DNA of 55,719 nt from an uncultured Verrucomicrobiota bacterium (GTDB taxonomy: Bacteria; Verrucomicrobiota; Verrucomicrobiia; Limisphaerales; CAIMTB01), in NCBI GenBank assembly GCA_903844265.1, contig CAIMTB010000301.1, positions 1 through 55,719 on the forward strand, read 5' to 3'. Numbering within the stretch: the first letter of the stretch is position 1; each line of letters starts with the position of its first letter. This document shows positions 53,999-55,719 of this stretch, piece after piece. The notes under the pieces are model-generated. The model ran no database searches and was not told where the DNA came from. It saw only the letters and a program-made list of their open reading frames with translations. Made by a program: the position numbers and the translations under genes.

Positions 53999-55719
53999 AT
54001 GAAACTTCTTTTGTCCCGCACGTGGGTTGGCGCGCTCGTCCTCCTCCTTCTGTCGCTGTTCGTGCCCGTCGGTTCGGCGGCCGTCGTGGTCTCGGCCAAC
54101 CGGGAGATTGCCGCGGGGGATGCGGCGCTCGACGGCCAGGACGTGGTGGTGGATGGGGCGACGCTGACGATCTCCGGAGAGCACACGGTCCGGAGCATCC
54201 AGTTGATCCATGGTGCGGTGCTCAACCATCCCGGTGCCTCGGCGGGCGAGCCCGAGCGTGCGGTGCGATTGACGGTCACGGGCAACGTGTCGATTGATGC
54301 GGCGTCGAGGATCGACGCGAGCGGTGGGGGCTATGCTGGGGCGGGCTCGCCGGGAGCTGGTTCGCGTGGGAGCTGGGCCGGCGCCGGGGGTGGCCACGGT
54401 GGTGTCGGGAGTGCGAGCGCCGGTTCGCCGGCTGGGACTGGCGGTGGCTCCTTTGATTCCGTGGTGGCGCCGGGTTCCTGGGGTGGCCCGGGTGGCAATG
54501 GCTCGAATGATGCCTTCGCCCCGGGGGGTGGACTCATTGTGCTTGAGGTGACAGGGGATGTTTCGATCGCGGGCAGCGTGGTCGCCAACGGGGCCGCGGG
54601 GACCGTGGACAACCAGGGCGGCGGAGCCGGAGGAACGGTCTCCATCCGTTGTGCGGTGCTTCGCGGCGCGGGCTCCATCTCCGCCGACGGCGCCAGCGGC
54701 GAATGGTTTGATGGCGGCGGCGGCGCTGGCGGTCGGGTCGCACTCTTTTTCGCGGCCAATGAATTCACCGGAAGCCTCTCCGCGGTAGGAGGCGGGGGGG
54801 CGGGCCGTGGCGGGGCGGGAACGGTTTATCTCAAGCCCGCGTCCGGTCTGGGTGAAGTCCGGATCCAGAATGCATCGCGCGGCGCGGAGACGCCGATCCA
54901 ATCCACGGTGGTGTTTGATCTCGTTCTGCGTTCCGACGCAGTGGTCCTGGCTGCGGCGCCGTTGTCGGTCGGGACGCTTGTGGTCGGGAGCGGCGCGGTG
55001 TTGGCGCAGGCGCCCGGCAGCACCGGGCTTGAGCTTCGCGTGGCGAAGGATCTGCGGGTTGAGGCGAATGGCACGGTCTCAGCGGACGGGAAGGGCTATC
55101 CTCTCAGCGGTGATCGGGGGGCCGGGACCGGGATCCCGGGCGGCTGGGCTGGGGCGGGAGGGTCTCATGGTGGGTTCGGCGGCAACAGTGCGAGCGGTGC
55201 GTTGGGTGGGGTTTCCTACGGATCAATCCTCGAGCCCGTGACCTTCGGCAGCCAGGGGGGTGACGGCAATGGCGGCGCTGGAGTCGCCGGGGGCGGGGCC
55301 ATGCACTTCATCGTCGGTGGAGCCCTGGTGGTGGAGGGCAGGATCAGTGCTGACGGATTGGCGTCGGGCATCGACAATTCGGGGGGTGGCGCGGGAGGCA
55401 GCATCTGGATCAGCGCGGCCACCTGCACGGGTGGCGGCGTCATCTCGGTGAACGGCGGTGCCGGGGAATGGTACGATGGCGGTGGTGGCGGTGGCGGCCG
55501 GATTGCCTGCTACCTCAATGCCAATGATTACAAGGGCAGTCTGACGGCCGTCGGTGGCGGTGGAAGCCAGCGCGGGGGTGCCGGGACCGTGTATCTCCGG
55601 CAGACGGGCGAGCGCGAAGGCTTTCTGCGCATCGATAATGGAGGTGTCTGGGGCCAGCTGACTCCCGTGCGTTCCCCCGAGGCGTTCCGCCTGCTGATCA
55701 CCAACAACGCCTCCTGCTA
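53999..55719 (+). CDS. Secreted glycine-rich repeat (beta-helix-like) protein, 3'-truncated by the window edge
   Basis: Missing from the ORF track because it has no stop in the window. ATG 53999 gives signal peptide MKLLLSRTWVGALVLLLLSLFVPVGSAA. I read the frame open to 55719 (573 codons). Strong GC3 bias. Confidence 0.75.
   Translation, partial: MKLLLSRTWVGALVLLLLSLFVPVGSAAVVVSANREIAAGDAALDGQDVVVDGATLTISGEHTVRSIQLIHGAVLNHPGASAGEPERAVRLTVTGNVSIDAASRIDASGGGYAGAGSPGAGSRGSWAGAGGGHGGVGSASAGSPAGTGGGSFDSVVAPGSWGGPGGNGSNDAFAPGGGLIVLEVTGDVSIAGSVVANGAAGTVDNQGGGAGGTVSIRCAVLRGAGSISADGASGEWFDGGGGAGGRVALFFAANEFTGSLSAVGGGGAGRGGAGTVYLKPASGLGEVRIQNASRGAETPIQSTVVFDLVLRSDAVVLAAAPLSVGTLVVGSGAVLAQAPGSTGLELRVAKDLRVEANGTVSADGKGYPLSGDRGAGTGIPGGWAGAGGSHGGFGGNSASGALGGVSYGSILEPVTFGSQGGDGNGGAGVAGGGAMHFIVGGALVVEGRISADGLASGIDNSGGGAGGSIWISAATCTGGGVISVNGGAGEWYDGGGGGGGRIACYLNANDYKGSLTAVGGGGSQRGGAGTVYLRQTGEREGFLRIDNGGVWGQLTPVRSPEAFRLLITNNASC
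54260..55597 (+). repeat. Two ~190-aa Gly-rich modules (period ~255 aa) inside the secreted protein
   Basis: Module 1 is about 54260-54838 and module 2 about 55025-55597. Shared landmarks: DxxGxGY, GxWAGAGGxHGG, GGGAGGxxxI, GEW[FY]DGGGGxGGR, GSL[ST]AVGGGGxxRGGAGTVYL. Confidence 0.7.

Noticed and set aside
1-55719. Scan for mobile elements, prophage, CRISPR-Cas, restriction-modification, toxin-antitoxin or other defence modules, and for tRNA/rRNA
   Set aside because: No integrase, transposase, recombinase, Cas, methyltransferase or nuclease signatures were seen in any supported ORF. I saw no terminal inverted repeats or tRNA-like T-loops, and composition is uniform apart from short intergenic dips.

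Overview
High-GC, gene-dense chromosomal segment. The gene content points to the PVC superphylum, most likely Verrucomicrobiota: a TAT-signal Gfo/Idh/MocA oxidoreductase, a CRTAC1/ASPIC-UnbV FG-GAP protein, an HzsA-like propeller cytochrome, Ig/Calx-beta and Gly-rich giant secreted proteins, and frequent GTG starts. I support about 47 protein-coding genes, including one 41-aa gene and one 3'-open gene that are missing from the ORF track. Many long track ORFs are antisense 'shadow' ORFs or carry false N-terminal extensions, and I trimmed them. I found no rRNA, tRNA, CRISPR array, transposase, integrase or recognisable defence genes. Housekeeping genes include der, fabD, purF, aroQ-accB-accC, holB, kdsB and an NfnAB-like pair. 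Envelope genes include BamD-like and LptE-like proteins, an O-antigen-ligase-like protein and a GT4 glycosyltransferase. Two regions stand out. (1) 13682-20239 is a four-gene operon joined by 4-nt stop/start overlaps. It encodes membrane-tethered beta-propeller and c-haem proteins whose subunit logic resembles hydrazine synthase, in a non-anammox context. (2) 35622-47687 is a co-directional array in which an ABC system is split around three SPFH (HflK/HflC-type) paralogues and a CPC P-type metal ATPase. The HflK-like protein has a 51-residue strictly alternating His-X N-terminus that mirrors the His-rich N-terminus of the ATPase. One ABC-2 permease carries a canonical EF-hand loop. Other notable items are a secreted Ig/Calx-beta protein with about 95% identical 270-bp tandem repeats, a Gly-rich repeat protein running off the window end, and a Lys-rich micro-ORF. 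All functional calls come from reading the translated sequences by eye; no database search was run.
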